Shown in pieces: positions 20,051 through 31,971 of a stretch of 43,757 nucleotides of DNA. Made by a program: the position numbers and the translations under genes. Below the pieces are notes generated by a model that did not search any database, was not told the DNA's origin, and saw nothing but the letters and a program-made list of their open reading frames with translations. Position 1 is the stretch's first letter. The number at the start of each line of letters is the position of its first letter. Source of the stretch: Trichomonas gallinae (taxonomy: Eukaryota); assembly GCA_008369845.1 (NCBI GenBank), contig MRSU01001066.1:1-43757 (forward strand), read 5' to 3'.

Positions 20051-20286
20051 AAAATGAGAATACTTCATGAATCTTGAGATCAAAAAACAAACGCTATATT
20101 ATATGAGATCAAGCATGAAATAAAAATCAAGAAAAATTAAATATTTTATTTCGAAATGAGAATATTTCATGAAATATTTGATCATGTAGGAGATTAAAGA
20201 TTAAACATTTCATGATTTGAGATCAAATATGAAATGAAATCCTGAAATTATGAAATAATTTTATAAACAAAATGAGAATACTTCAT
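20051..20286. repeat. Degenerate ~115-bp tandem repeat
   Basis: AAATGAGAATAYTTCAT at ~20052, 20154 and 20270; TGAGATCAA at 20075, 20104 and 20218. Confidence 0.7.
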
Positions 20287-20469
20287 TGTTTTCGATTTTA
20301 ATCATCCAAATGAAAACATTATTGTTTTATGCATTTAATTTGTGATATCTTTAAATTTTAAAAAAATCTTTCAATTAAAATAACAATAAGTTATGTAAAT
20401 AGGTCATATTGATAAGTGGGAGCCAAAGAAAGTTGTTGCTATTTCAAATAAAGAAAAAAAATCACATTT

Positions 20470-23343
20470 TTATTTTGTTAGTGCCGTTTGGAGAGCTTTC
20501 TCCAGGCTCTCATTATCTGTAATGCCGAGCAGGCTCCTGACTGTTTGGATTTCTGCTGATAGTTTAGTAATTGATTCTTTTGCCTTCGCTACGACTTTCA
20601 TGCAAACATCGTAGCTCGGGAGCTCATTAGTATCATAAAACATCATCAGCTGCATTACAACGTCTGTGAAGAACTTCCTCGTGTCGATTTCATATTGAGC
20701 CTTCATATTCTGCAGCTTCGTGTTCATCTCGTTTGATATTAGCATCTTCTGCGCCTTTTCTCTCAGGTCTGAGTTCTTCTTTGCGTCATTATATTTCTTC
20801 TTGAGCTGTTCGAAAGCTCCACTCGCTAAATTAAGCTTGTCTTCGAGCTTCTGTTTGATATCAAGTAGTTGTAACTCTGCAGATTTCGAATCTTTGAGTT
20901 GCTTGCTTGTATTGTCGAGATCCGTTTGCAGCTCATTGTTTTTCTTCTTCATCTCAGATAAAACGTTTTCGTAGAATGTTTTGAGGTCGTTCAGCTGATT
21001 CATCGCGTTTTCTCTGTCAGCTTGAGACTTGGCTTCTTTTTCTGTCTCTAGAGCTGCTATTGTTTCATTATTAACTGCTTCTTGTTGTGTTAAAGCTGCT
21101 CTGAGTTTCTTCCTTTCTTGCCTTAAATCATTAATTTTCGATTGCAAACCATTTATTTGTGTTTCTTTATCGTTAATCAACTCTTTGAGCTGCTCAATAT
21201 CAGTGACAAACTTCTTCATTCTCTCGATGTTCTCTTTATTCACTTTCTCTATTGAATCCTTTAATCTCATTTCGAATGCGTTCTTCTGACTTTCTATTTC
21301 GCCATTCAGCTTTTCTATTTCGATGTTCTTCTTGTGTATTTCTTGATTGGCATTTGAAACTTGGTCTTTCATTGTTTTTGATGAATTTTGCAGATTCAAT
21401 TTTTCTGAGTTTAACTGTTCAAGACTGTTGATAAGTTGTGCAATGTCGCTCTTGAGTTTGCGATTCTTGTCGTGTAATTCATTAATAATTTCTTTCATTT
21501 CCTCTGAATTATGAATCGAATTATTTAAGATTTCGGGAATTTCAGATGGTTTTTTAGCACCGATGGAACTCATTATATCTTTTATCAAGCTTTCCATTGC
21601 GTCCCTTTGTTTCTGCAGCTCTTGGATCTTTTCAAAGTTTGATTTGATCGATTCAACGAATTCTTTTTGAACTTTCTCATTATTGGCTAAGTCATCGTAA
21701 TCTACTGATCGACCTGTTTTGATTTGGGACAATAAACTGACCATGTTTCTTAATCCGTCAACTTTCTCGTTAAGTGAATCGATTATTGACTCACTTTCAT
21801 CGTTCTTCTGGCGCTTCATGTAGTCTGAAACTGTCTGTAAAGATGATGAGATCTTAGCTGGAAGCTGAAGAGATTCATTAGATGAAATTTGGCGAAGTGA
21901 GTAGTTTAAGTCCTGTGGAACTCCAAGAACCTCCCATGTACTGGCTGGAATGTTAAGTTTCTTGGTTATATCGTCTAATTTGCGTTGATTTTCTTCTTTA
22001 ATTTTGTTAATTTCGTTTTGTTTATCATTAGCGAGTTTATTCATTTCATCTTGAAGACTCTTATTATTGTTCTCCAAATTCTGAATAGCTGATGCTTTTT
22101 GTTCAAGTTTTGATTTCAAAATACTGATATTATTCGAAATATCAGATTTTTCAGTGCTAAGCTGTGACAAACTGTTCTTAAGTTCCTGTACCAATGTCTC
22201 TAATGATGAAATCTTGTCTTTCTGCTCTGAATTTCCTTTTGTGAGAAAATTAATTTGTTCTGCTGTTTCTTCTTTCTCTTTGTTGAGTTCTTCAACCGCA
22301 CGTTGGAGATAATTCTTTTCCATTGCCATGAGATCAATTTGGTTCTGGCAATCAACGAGTTTTGCCTTTAAATCATCAATTTGATCTGATTTAAATTTAT
22401 TATCACGCTTAAAGTCAACAATTGCTTCCTGAAGTTTGCCAATCTTGTCCTTTGCTTTCAGTATAGCATTGTCGCTTTCCAAGTTCTCTGCACGAAGTTC
22501 TAAAATTTCCTTATTTTGGTTTTCTTTAATTTTGTCAAGTGATTCTATTGACTTTAAGTTATCCTCGATTGTCTTTTTCAGTTGATCGACTTGCATTTGT
22601 AGTTTGTCCCTTTCATTTTTAACTCCGGTGATTTCTTTGGTATAATTAAGCTCATCAGCTTGCATTTTCTTCTCAGCGGATTCTATACGTGTCTCAAAAT
22701 CGTTAAATGCTTCGCGAGTAGTTTGTAATTGCGTATTTAATTCAAAAATTTTATTATTTGCTGTCTGATATTCGTTTTGGAGCTTTTCATATTTAGTAAT
22801 TGGTATATATTGAACTAAATCGATATTATTATCGGTTTTATCACTCAATTCGTCGAATTTAGACTCAATGAAATTTGCGATTTCATCTAAGTTGTTAAAC
22901 TGAACATTAAAGAATCTCTGCATCTTATTTTGAAATTCCTGGATAGTTCCGTTGTTTTTGTCCAATGATTTTTGAATTTCGCTGTTTTGTTGCAAAATTG
23001 AGCTCATTTTTCGTTTATTGTTATCATTTAGCTTCTGTATTTCGTTATTCAGTTTGTTGATTGTAGTATCTCTTATTTCAATTTGATTTTTTGCGACATT
23101 TGTTAAATTTTGAATTCTATTTTCATGTTCTTGCTTCATAGAGTCGATTTTCTTCTGCAAAACTAAATTTCGCTCCTTCAAAAGCTGATTTTCATGCATA
23201 TCTTCCTGCGCTTCCTTTCTTACTGAACTCGCTTCTTGCATAACAGCATCCAATTGCTGCCGTAAGAAGTCAATGTCATCATTTGGCGACTGGTTGGCTA
23301 AATCACTGATGTCAAACTTGTTTTCTTCATCAGTTTGGCTCAT
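20470..23343 (-). CDS. Large coiled-coil protein (unknown; typical trichomonad cytoskeletal/'viral A-type inclusion'-annotated class)
   Basis: ~957 aa of E/K/Q/N/L-rich heptads. The track start is TTG; ATG is at 23343. Confidence 0.85.
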   Translation of the reverse strand: MSQTDEENKFDISDLANQSPNDDIDFLRQQLDAVMQEASSVRKEAQEDMHENQLLKERNLVLQKKIDSMKQEHENRIQNLTNVAKNQIEIRDTTINKLNNEIQKLNDNNKRKMSSILQQNSEIQKSLDKNNGTIQEFQNKMQRFFNVQFNNLDEIANFIESKFDELSDKTDNNIDLVQYIPITKYEKLQNEYQTANNKIFELNTQLQTTREAFNDFETRIESAEKKMQADELNYTKEITGVKNERDKLQMQVDQLKKTIEDNLKSIESLDKIKENQNKEILELRAENLESDNAILKAKDKIGKLQEAIVDFKRDNKFKSDQIDDLKAKLVDCQNQIDLMAMEKNYLQRAVEELNKEKEETAEQINFLTKGNSEQKDKISSLETLVQELKNSLSQLSTEKSDISNNISILKSKLEQKASAIQNLENNNKSLQDEMNKLANDKQNEINKIKEENQRKLDDITKKLNIPASTWEVLGVPQDLNYSLRQISSNESLQLPAKISSSLQTVSDYMKRQKNDESESIIDSLNEKVDGLRNMVSLLSQIKTGRSVDYDDLANNEKVQKEFVESIKSNFEKIQELQKQRDAMESLIKDIMSSIGAKKPSEIPEILNNSIHNSEEMKEIINELHDKNRKLKSDIAQLINSLEQLNSEKLNLQNSSKTMKDQVSNANQEIHKKNIEIEKLNGEIESQKNAFEMRLKDSIEKVNKENIERMKKFVTDIEQLKELINDKETQINGLQSKINDLRQERKKLRAALTQQEAVNNETIAALETEKEAKSQADRENAMNQLNDLKTFYENVLSEMKKKNNELQTDLDNTSKQLKDSKSAELQLLDIKQKLEDKLNLASGAFEQLKKKYNDAKKNSDLREKAQKMLISNEMNTKLQNMKAQYEIDTRKFFTDVVMQLMMFYDTNELPSYDVCMKVVAKAKESITKLSAEIQTVRSLLGITDNESLEKALQTALTK

Positions 23344-24044
23344 TCTATTAATCAAATCAAACTCTTTAAAATATTTTAAAGATTTCTCAACAGAAAATAC
23401 TATATTTCACTAGGCTTCATTTGAACTAAAAATTAGCAAAGAATTTCTTCAATCTTTCTCACTTTCAGACAATAACAAAAATACTCCGCTTTCACATCAT
23501 CAGCATATATTGTATTATTGAACCAATTGAATTGAAAGCCAAAATCTCGTATTTTTATTTGATATATTGAATTTCAACAAAAATATCAGTGATAACATAT
23601 ATAAAATGCATTCAAAAATTAAAGATTTTTCTCAATAATATTATATCTATAAAATAATGAGTTAAAAACTAGTTATGTAAGATCACCCCTGATTAATTTT
23701 TTGACACCCTGATATTTCTACAAAAAGAAAAAAAGTAATTTCACATCATCAGGCATTACACTAATAAACTAATTCGAAACTGTGACTGATAGTAATATAT
23801 GTGATAATGGCACTTGCATACTATACTTTCGATCAATAGAGAATTCTCTTACCCTTGAAATGGAATCTTTTCCTTAATGAAAATTCTCCCGAGTTTTTGG
23901 ATTTTTGAAATATTTTTTGCAGCCAAGTACATGAATTTTACTCTAACAAAATCAGTACTGTGCGGTTTTCAATGAATTTTAATTTTTTTACTTACACTTT
24001 TATAATTTTACCAACAATTTTCGGTTTTTTCAAAAATCAGTTTC

Positions 24045-24758
24045 ATGGAGTTTGATCCAGTTGTCAGTGCCCAGTCCATCCAGACATGATAAAGAACGGC
24101 ATACTCATCGAAGTTCTCGACCAGTCTAAATACAATATTACAGACGGATTCAAGACTGTCCGTAATATTTTTACTGAATTTGGCGAAGGCTACAAATTCG
24201 ATTCTAAGTAGTTTGTTGAATTTATTAAATCACTGGGTCAATGCCTCCTTGACATCCTAAATTCTATTGTTTCCATTGTTAAGTCTACATTTTCGAAAAT
24301 GTTCCAACTTTCATCTGAAATCAATCAAAAAATCAACCGTAAAACCCTAATGTTCGTGCGCTAACACAAAAAGAATCTACACCAACACGCAGTCAACAAA
24401 AACATTGAAGAATTGAAGAAGATTCCGAAAATAGAAGAAAATTTTGATAAAACTACGAAATTTGTGTAAGAATTGCAAAAGAAAAAGACAAAGTGCCATC
24501 TCATTTGCCGTCATTGAGAAGTTTGTTTGCGTGACAGAAAAAAGTAATTTCTGTCAAAATATCTTCACACAAGCAGCAGGATTTAACAAGCAAGACTTGG
24601 TTCGTCTTTTAATAGGATTAGGAATTGATCAATTGATTAACTGTAGAGACAAACTCAATAAACCAGCTTTGATGAAAGCTTCATTTTTGTGTCATCATGA
24701 AGTTGTCAATCTTCTTCTCACAGTTCCTGGAAATTTGAACGCCAAGACATACAACTAG
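24045..24758 (+). pseudogene. Ankyrin-repeat gene remnant
   Basis: ATG 24045 MEFDPVVSAQSIQ, then a frameshift to DMIKNGILIEVLDQ...KFDSK*FVEF. The 3' part reads QAAGFNKQDLVRLLIGLG...DKLNKPALMKASFLCHHEVVNLLL (ankyrin pattern), with stops and frameshifts in between. Confidence 0.7.
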
Positions 24759-25015
24759 TATATATAATTAAACAGAGCTTTTAGAGATTAAATGTCAAAT
24801 AGATATTTAATGAAAATTAAAAAAAAATCAATAATTGATTATCAATGAATGCATTATATAAATCTTATATGCGTAAGGTCTAATAAGCTAAAAAATGATT
24901 TTGTGATTATCGCACAATATATTGGTGATCAAGCCAAAACCAAGGAAAGTACGAATATTCATGATGGATGACCAATTAATATTTCGAATTACTTTGATTT
25001 TTTTGAAATAAATTA

Positions 25016-25744
25016 TTATGATTTTGAAATTTGTTCAATCCAATCGATTACCATTGAAGTAATCTTAGATTTTTCGGCCTGGCCACGAAGTTCTGATACA
25101 TTATACCATTTAATTGAAGAAATTTCATTGCGTTGATATGCATTCATTTTTATGCCTTCTGGAACACCTACGACGTAGAAGAAGTAATATGACTTCTTTT
25201 TGACAAACAATTTATATTGATCTGGATTGAAATATGGAGAAACATCAATTCCAATTTCTTCTATTGTTTCACGAATAGCTGCCTCTGCAATGCTCTCTCC
25301 CTCAGAAATTTTGCCCTTAGGGAAGCCCATTACCTTAGACTGACTTGTATCTCTAATAGCGATGACTTTAGACTTGTCTTTATTGAATATAATGGTTCCT
25401 GCTACAGGGCATGATGCTCTAAACTTGCTGAATTTCGGAAGTTCGTCAATAATTTGATCTCGATATGGAATAAGTGGAGGAATGACATCGATAAGATCTT
25501 TAATGAAATCCTTTTGTTGATTTCTAATGGACTTTAACGATTTAGAACGTATGTTTTTATTTTTGTGGAAATAAAAATCTGAATAATGCCAATAAGCCTG
25601 TTCAAATTGGATTAGAAGGTCAAATATTGAAAATGTGGCACCTTCCTCGAAATATGGCTGATTGATTATGAATCTAACAGCAATTTCTTCTAAAACTTTC
25701 CGATCTTTCTCAATCGACATTGAAAATTTTTGAAGAGATAGCAT
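25016..25744 (-). CDS. DCP2: mRNA-decapping enzyme Dcp2-like Nudix hydrolase
   Basis: Box A LEEIAVRFIIN...QFEQAYWHYSD and Nudix box GFPKGKISEGESIAEAAIRETIEEIG. Alternative start at 25720. Confidence 0.85.
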   Translation of the reverse strand: MLSLQKFSMSIEKDRKVLEEIAVRFIINQPYFEEGATFSIFDLLIQFEQAYWHYSDFYFHKNKNIRSKSLKSIRNQQKDFIKDLIDVIPPLIPYRDQIIDELPKFSKFRASCPVAGTIIFNKDKSKVIAIRDTSQSKVMGFPKGKISEGESIAEAAIRETIEEIGIDVSPYFNPDQYKLFVKKKSYYFFYVVGVPEGIKMNAYQRNEISSIKWYNVSELRGQAEKSKITSMVIDWIEQISKS

Positions 25745-27222
25745 CAGTAGATCCCAAAAACTATAATGTCAAAGAAAAAAAGATATTTTGTATATTTTGC
25801 AATCTGACATTATGTTTTTGACATTATGTCACTTTACAAACAAAAATGTTTGCTCAGTGTTTTGTTATCATGAATCTTGCGTAATTAGACAATTTCTACA
25901 ATGCATATAGAACATACATATGCTGTATAGTGGCATAATCATATAGATATATGAATATAGCAACTGTATAATTTGCCTGTTAAAATTCTTTTGATTTTTA
26001 AAGGTTGATTATAAAAATAAGTCTATGAATATTTTGCTTAATTATTTACCATAGCAAATTTTTGAAGACTGAAAAGTTAATCGAAATTTCAATTAATTAA
26101 AAAAATTCATCAGTTCAAATTATTCTTTTGGACTATTACAGCAAAAGAGTTGATCAAAATTTACGCCAGAGGTTTAATTCAATTTATCAAATTAGAGTTT
26201 ATATGATAAATCATCTGTATTATCGATTGTGATTATTTTTAAACAAGAATTATATTCGTTTTGAATTTACTTTCTTTTCAAAAATTGAAAACAATTCAAA
26301 TCATTTCATTTGGGAAGAAATCTATTATTATTGAAGCCTTACTCTACAGTTTCATCTTATCAGAAAGACTTATAAGGAACAAATATCACTAAAACAATGA
26401 TCAAAATCCATTATTTTTCCAAACAAATAAAAAATCTAATTAAAAATCGGTTTTACTTCTTGTTAGTAGCAAATTTACTACATATAAACGATAAAGTATA
26501 CCATTATTACTGTATTTTTACAAAAATCAATCCTATTGTTGATTCAAATTTAATTCGACATGATGGGCCATGGAAAATAACTTGTTGCTCAGTCATATTT
26601 TGTCAATTTTTTGATATGAGAAAGAATTGAGCTTAATCTTGTCCAGTGTGAAATCAGAATATTTTTTGAAATTTGTTCCTCTGGATTTTAATTAAGTATT
26701 TGATATATGTATATGACATTGAGCAAAATGCAATAAGTATTTTACAGGTCCACTACTGTAAATCAAATTCACGAAATTTTGAATGGGTAAATCTAAGTAT
26801 TGAAGTTATCATATTATGTGTTTAAAAGAGTTTTTATGAGAAATAATCAATAGCTTTTATTTGAATGGGGTGACTTTTCAATGAACAATGTGTTTTTTTG
26901 AATTCATTCAGTAAAAAATTTTAGCGACTTAAATTTATAGATAATATTGCTGTTTTTTAATAAAAAACTGTTTTGATTTTCTCAAAATTTTGATTATTTT
27001 ACGCATTTGACCAATTGTTTTATTATAGAGTATATATCGATATTTTGCAAGAAAATTCTTAGCCAAATACTGTGTAAAAATTTCTTAACAATTTCAGGAG
27101 ATTTTGAGAGAAAATGAATGCCACTCTATGGTATAACAATGTAATCCTTTATTGCTTTTAGACATATTGAATTTTTTAATAATTCTTTCAAAATTGAGCA
27201 AAACAGTTCATTTTAGTCCATA

Positions 27223-30200
27223 ATGGCTGAGCAATCGATATCCAAGTCAGCAATCACACAGGGCAGTGCTGTTGATACCGTTAAAGAGAAGCTACACTCA
27301 AAGAATCATCCTATTGATTATGTTTTTCCACTTTATGATCAAATCATGCAGAAAGTCAAGCTTCCTACATGGTTTTCTACATTATGCGACATTTTCTTGG
27401 CCTTCCAGGTCCTAACTACTGGTTTCTGGATCTTCGCGCCAGCCTTCTCAAGAACTACCGGAAAATGGAAATCGATTTATTACTGGATAATCAAAATTGT
27501 TTCTTTTCAAAATCCGCTCAATTTCCTGGACTATAACCTCGATATCTCATATGTGTGCATTGGTGTTGCTCTATTTTCAGTAATTTGGCTGATATTTGTA
27601 ATTTATTATCATAACCAAGTTTTGACAATTCCAACAAATCTTTTATACATATCAGTCCTATTATTTGATATTATTGCCCCGATGTTCATCATTCCATCAG
27701 CCTATGCCGCTGCACACGGAATTTCCGCTTTGTATGTCCAGAAAGACGAAAAATTAGTGACAGAAATTGTTCTTGGATGCATATCATATGTAATATGCCT
27801 GTTCTTCTTCATATTAGGCTGCTTGTTAAAGTCCAGATCAGTAATTTTCACAAATTTAACATATCAAAGCTATGATAACACATTCGTAATCGCATGGTTC
27901 TCTGCCACTTCGTTCGAATGCATATTAAGCGGCATCTGCCAAGCATTCGACGGCTGGATTTATATTATTGTTGTTGTAATTCATTTAATTCCAGCGACTT
28001 TCGTATGCATCCGCATGTTCTACATCCCATTCTACACTCTCTGGCGAAATCCAATTTGTTTCCAGTTTGGCATTGTCACTTTTGTATTAGATATTAACCT
28101 TATTATTCTTACAATTTTCTCTAAGGCAACATATAACTACACTATCATAGTTTTCCTTGCTAGCACCATATTAGCCTATCCAATCGGTCAAATCGTCTTT
28201 AGGACTCTTATTAAAAGAATCAAAAATCAACTCACGTATAATGAAGAAATCAGGGATTTGACTGAGTATTTTGATTCACTTGGTATTGCTAATAATTCTC
28301 ACAAAGTTATGATGTACATTGTCGTAGGAATGGCTGAAATTTGCGATTATTTCGTTGACGGATCTTTAACTGATTACATTATACAGAGAGGCGATGGAGA
28401 AGAGACAATGTCACTTCTTCTTCAGGTTTTGACGTATTTCCCATCAGAAGCCAACAAATTAAATCAACTTTACAGAAAATTGATTTCAAAGAGAAAACTC
28501 ACATTCATCAATAGATTTTTGATCTATCAGATCTCAATGGTCAAAACTAGAAGACTTGTTACCAATACAAAAGAAACATTTGAAATTTATAACAAACTCA
28601 AAGCCCAAAACGATGAAATTAAGTACAAAATCAGACAATTCTGGGATAAGACAACATGCAAGAATGATTATATCTCAGATTTCCACGAATCAATTGGACA
28701 ACTTCAAAATCAGTTCAATTACGTCCTCGGACACAACCCAAACAACACAAGGATCACAAACGAATACGCGAACTTCTTAATAGAATGTGTTTGCGATTTC
28801 GATCAAGCGATTCTCCAAACAATCAAAAGCGATGCAATCGTTGACGGCAAAGATTTTAACGTTGATACAAGCTTCAGGAGTTTTGTCATGAAGTTCCCTG
28901 ATTACTTGAAGAAGAAGATCTATGACCCAAGAGGCAGAAGGCTAGTTTCAGAGAGCTCGTCGATGAAGAAGGATGGAAATATTATGGATCAATCAATGAA
29001 CTCACTGCATTCATCAGATTCAGGAATTTCTTCAATCGATCATATTCAGTCTTCGATCGACATAGAAAGCGAAGAAATCATCGGAGGAAAGTTGTTGAGG
29101 CAGAGTAGAGTCAGAATTTTACTAAATAGAAATATCAAAGGAACAACTCCGAAACAATCTCTTTGGGTATCAATTAGCGCGATTTTGACATTTGTTACTG
29201 GTTATTTCTTCCTCATTGCTTTCTTCTTGTTCCAGAGGAGTGAGTTGATGTGGCGCAAGACATCATTTGAGGACTTAAAGAACCTCGGCTATGGTGTCCT
29301 TTATTCGCATATTTCGATCTTCCACGTTTTAACTGGCTGGGCAGAACAAGCAGGCAGATATATCGCAAACAACAAAATTCTCGGTGACGTTTACATTGAC
29401 GACAAACTTGACATTCAATACTTAGTTCCAAAGAGCCTTGATATACCACAATCGATTTATTTCTCACTCAACAAGAGTAGGACGCACACAAGGCAGTTCC
29501 TTGACGCTTTGATAAAGATGAGAGACATGGCAAATATCTACGATATCGCAACGCAAATGGTTGTTCCTAATAATCAAATAGTTGTTTGCAGCGATGGAGC
29601 ACCAGCTGGTGCCATTAAGTCAAGCTACAAGAACTTGATATACTTCGTGAATATGGAAGAAAACGAGTTGGCAGGTGCTTTCGCAACGGACTCGAAAATT
29701 CCTAATATTTTTAATAACACAGAATTCTGCCAAGTACAAATGAACACAAACACTGTTCACGAGATTGCTTATAACCAGTCTTCATCACTCCAGTCATTCT
29801 ACCAGAAGCAGACGAAGAAGTCTGATATCAAATTCTGGATCTGGTTTTTGATAGGCATGGGTATAATGTTCCAAATCTGCATTTTGCCAATTACTTTTAT
29901 TACAATTAGTTATCTTAAACTTGCTTCTAGAGTCATGAAGTCTTTATTGGCACTTCCAGCTAAAGCCAAAGAAGAAGCCAAGTTGCCATTAACCGAATAT
30001 AATTCAAACTCAGAAGAATCAGATGTCAGCGTTTCAAAAGTCAGCAAATCCAGGAGAATGTTCTGGGTTATTTTCATCTCGTATAACTGCATTGGAATGA
30101 CAGCGACATGCTTCACTGTTTTATGTGTTTTGACAATGTTCGCAAACAAAGATTCGCAGATGCTGCTCAAATGGTATGAATTGTCAATCGACAGAATGTT

Positions 30201-31971
30201 GATCGCAAGTGAAATCGGAAACAGTGCGATAGAACTCATTCTGTTGAATGGCTCCCTCCAAAACAACTTGTTGCCAGTTGAAGCGATCATAGGAAGGACG
30301 AATGGAATCATGCAAGGACTCAAGATAGTTCACGGCTTCCTTATGAATGGCGGCACAACTGAAGGAATCAAGAAATCTATTGGCTACAATGCAGAACTTG
30401 ATGAACTTCAGCTCGGTCAGTATTGCACACTTGATCATGACCCAGATGATTCACACGATATGTACGCTTGCTCAAACTTGAACTCTCAGATAATGACATT
30501 CCTATCTATGGTCAATGATGTCATCAAAGATCCAGAAAGTTTCGGCGGAACATTGACGAACTCTGTTTCAATGAATTTATTGCATATTTTAGAAGCCCAC
30601 TTATATCCAAACATCGTCAGAGTCACTGACAAAATCGCTGAACTCATTCAGAGTCATTACAGAAACAGGCTCATTGTATTAACAATTGTTTGCGTCGTTG
30701 GTCTCATTTTCAATGCTTTAATTTCCATTTCTTCTCTCGCCTACAAATCACTGATCAATACAAACTACAAGACACTATTAGTGTTAATTCAGCACTTAAA
30801 TCCGCAGAGCATCATTGATTCTAAGGAAATCATGGACTTCTTGAGGCGAGAATCAGGCAACAAAACAACGGAAACAATGCCGATTTCAAAGTCAATTGTT
30901 TACGGTGCCAGTGAATCCATCGTCATCACAAATGCAAATGGAATCGCTGAGATTATCAATCCATCATTCACTGACAATTTAGGTTTAAAGCCAGACCAAG
31001 TTTTGGGCCAGCAATTCTCCAACTTCGTCGCAATGAATGACCAAGCTAAGATTCACACTCAGCTTGAATTGCTGGCATCAGGGCAAGGCTCCAATGTCTG
31101 GGAGGACCATGTCTCATTGATAAATGATTCAGGAAAGCCAGTCCCATTTGCAATCACAATGATTGGAATGAAAGACAATGAGAATGATACGGAAATCAAC
31201 TCAATTGTTTTCATTTTATCAAATGAAGCGGAGGTCCTTAAGAAGAGAGCAGATGCAGAACAAGCCAAGGCTAAATCAGAGAAATTGCTCTACCAGATCC
31301 TCCCTAAGGACATCGTAGTCAGGCTTAATCGCGGTGAGAAAGACATATCATTCACGATTCCTCAGGCGACAGTTTTCTTCATTGATATCGTCAAGTTCTC
31401 CAACTATGCAGCTTCTCTGTCGCCCTCAGACATCATGGCGAACTTGAGCCTCGTTTTCGCTACATTCGACTCAATCGTTGCAAAATATCCAACAATCACG
31501 AAAATCAAGCTCATCGGCGACGTTTACATGGCGGCAGCTGGTTTATTCAGTGATCCCAACGAAGTTTCATCCAAGCACGCTGAAGAGTCAGTCAGATGCT
31601 GCCTGGACTGTGTGCACGCGATGGAAGATATCAATGCTAAGCTCGAAGCTCACCTTGAAGTTAGAGTAGGCGTAAATTCAGGCGGACCACTCATTGGTGG
31701 TGTTTTGGGAACTGATAAGCCGACATTCGACATCATAGGTGACACAATTAATGTGGCAGCAAGACTGCAGAGCACTGATATACCAGGATGTGTGCAGATC
31801 TCCCAGGAGACGAAGCAACTCGTTGAACACTTGGATTTCATCATGGAAGAACGCGGCGAAGTGTACTTGAAAGGAAAAGGCTCAAGAACAACTTATTTAG
31901 TGAGACACCCAGCAAATGCAAAAGACACAACAAACTCTTTTGCTATGAATATGTTTTCAGGTCAACTCTAA
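27223..31971 (+). CDS. Multi-pass transmembrane adenylyl cyclase with PAS domain (class III cyclase)
   Basis: Many TM helices; PAS (SIVITNANGIAEIINPSF...LG); helical SEKLLYQILP; catalytic FFIDIVKFS, KIKLIGDVYM, VRVGVNSG, FDIIGDTINVAARLQS. ATG is preceded by Inr TCATTTT. Confidence 0.93.
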   Translation: MAEQSISKSAITQGSAVDTVKEKLHSKNHPIDYVFPLYDQIMQKVKLPTWFSTLCDIFLAFQVLTTGFWIFAPAFSRTTGKWKSIYYWIIKIVSFQNPLNFLDYNLDISYVCIGVALFSVIWLIFVIYYHNQVLTIPTNLLYISVLLFDIIAPMFIIPSAYAAAHGISALYVQKDEKLVTEIVLGCISYVICLFFFILGCLLKSRSVIFTNLTYQSYDNTFVIAWFSATSFECILSGICQAFDGWIYIIVVVIHLIPATFVCIRMFYIPFYTLWRNPICFQFGIVTFVLDINLIILTIFSKATYNYTIIVFLASTILAYPIGQIVFRTLIKRIKNQLTYNEEIRDLTEYFDSLGIANNSHKVMMYIVVGMAEICDYFVDGSLTDYIIQRGDGEETMSLLLQVLTYFPSEANKLNQLYRKLISKRKLTFINRFLIYQISMVKTRRLVTNTKETFEIYNKLKAQNDEIKYKIRQFWDKTTCKNDYISDFHESIGQLQNQFNYVLGHNPNNTRITNEYANFLIECVCDFDQAILQTIKSDAIVDGKDFNVDTSFRSFVMKFPDYLKKKIYDPRGRRLVSESSSMKKDGNIMDQSMNSLHSSDSGISSIDHIQSSIDIESEEIIGGKLLRQSRVRILLNRNIKGTTPKQSLWVSISAILTFVTGYFFLIAFFLFQRSELMWRKTSFEDLKNLGYGVLYSHISIFHVLTGWAEQAGRYIANNKILGDVYIDDKLDIQYLVPKSLDIPQSIYFSLNKSRTHTRQFLDALIKMRDMANIYDIATQMVVPNNQIVVCSDGAPAGAIKSSYKNLIYFVNMEENELAGAFATDSKIPNIFNNTEFCQVQMNTNTVHEIAYNQSSSLQSFYQKQTKKSDIKFWIWFLIGMGIMFQICILPITFITISYLKLASRVMKSLLALPAKAKEEAKLPLTEYNSNSEESDVSVSKVSKSRRMFWVIFISYNCIGMTATCFTVLCVLTMFANKDSQMLLKWYELSIDRMLIASEIGNSAIELILLNGSLQNNLLPVEAIIGRTNGIMQGLKIVHGFLMNGGTTEGIKKSIGYNAELDELQLGQYCTLDHDPDDSHDMYACSNLNSQIMTFLSMVNDVIKDPESFGGTLTNSVSMNLLHILEAHLYPNIVRVTDKIAELIQSHYRNRLIVLTIVCVVGLIFNALISISSLAYKSLINTNYKTLLVLIQHLNPQSIIDSKEIMDFLRRESGNKTTETMPISKSIVYGASESIVITNANGIAEIINPSFTDNLGLKPDQVLGQQFSNFVAMNDQAKIHTQLELLASGQGSNVWEDHVSLINDSGKPVPFAITMIGMKDNENDTEINSIVFILSNEAEVLKKRADAEQAKAKSEKLLYQILPKDIVVRLNRGEKDISFTIPQATVFFIDIVKFSNYAASLSPSDIMANLSLVFATFDSIVAKYPTITKIKLIGDVYMAAAGLFSDPNEVSSKHAEESVRCCLDCVHAMEDINAKLEAHLEVRVGVNSGGPLIGGVLGTDKPTFDIIGDTINVAARLQSTDIPGCVQISQETKQLVEHLDFIMEERGEVYLKGKGSRTTYLVRHPANAKDTTNSFAMNMFSGQL

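Noticed and set aside
26040..26630. ORF 26397..26630 and possible decayed minus-strand gene
   Set aside because: AT-rich and stop-ridden; no family recognisable.
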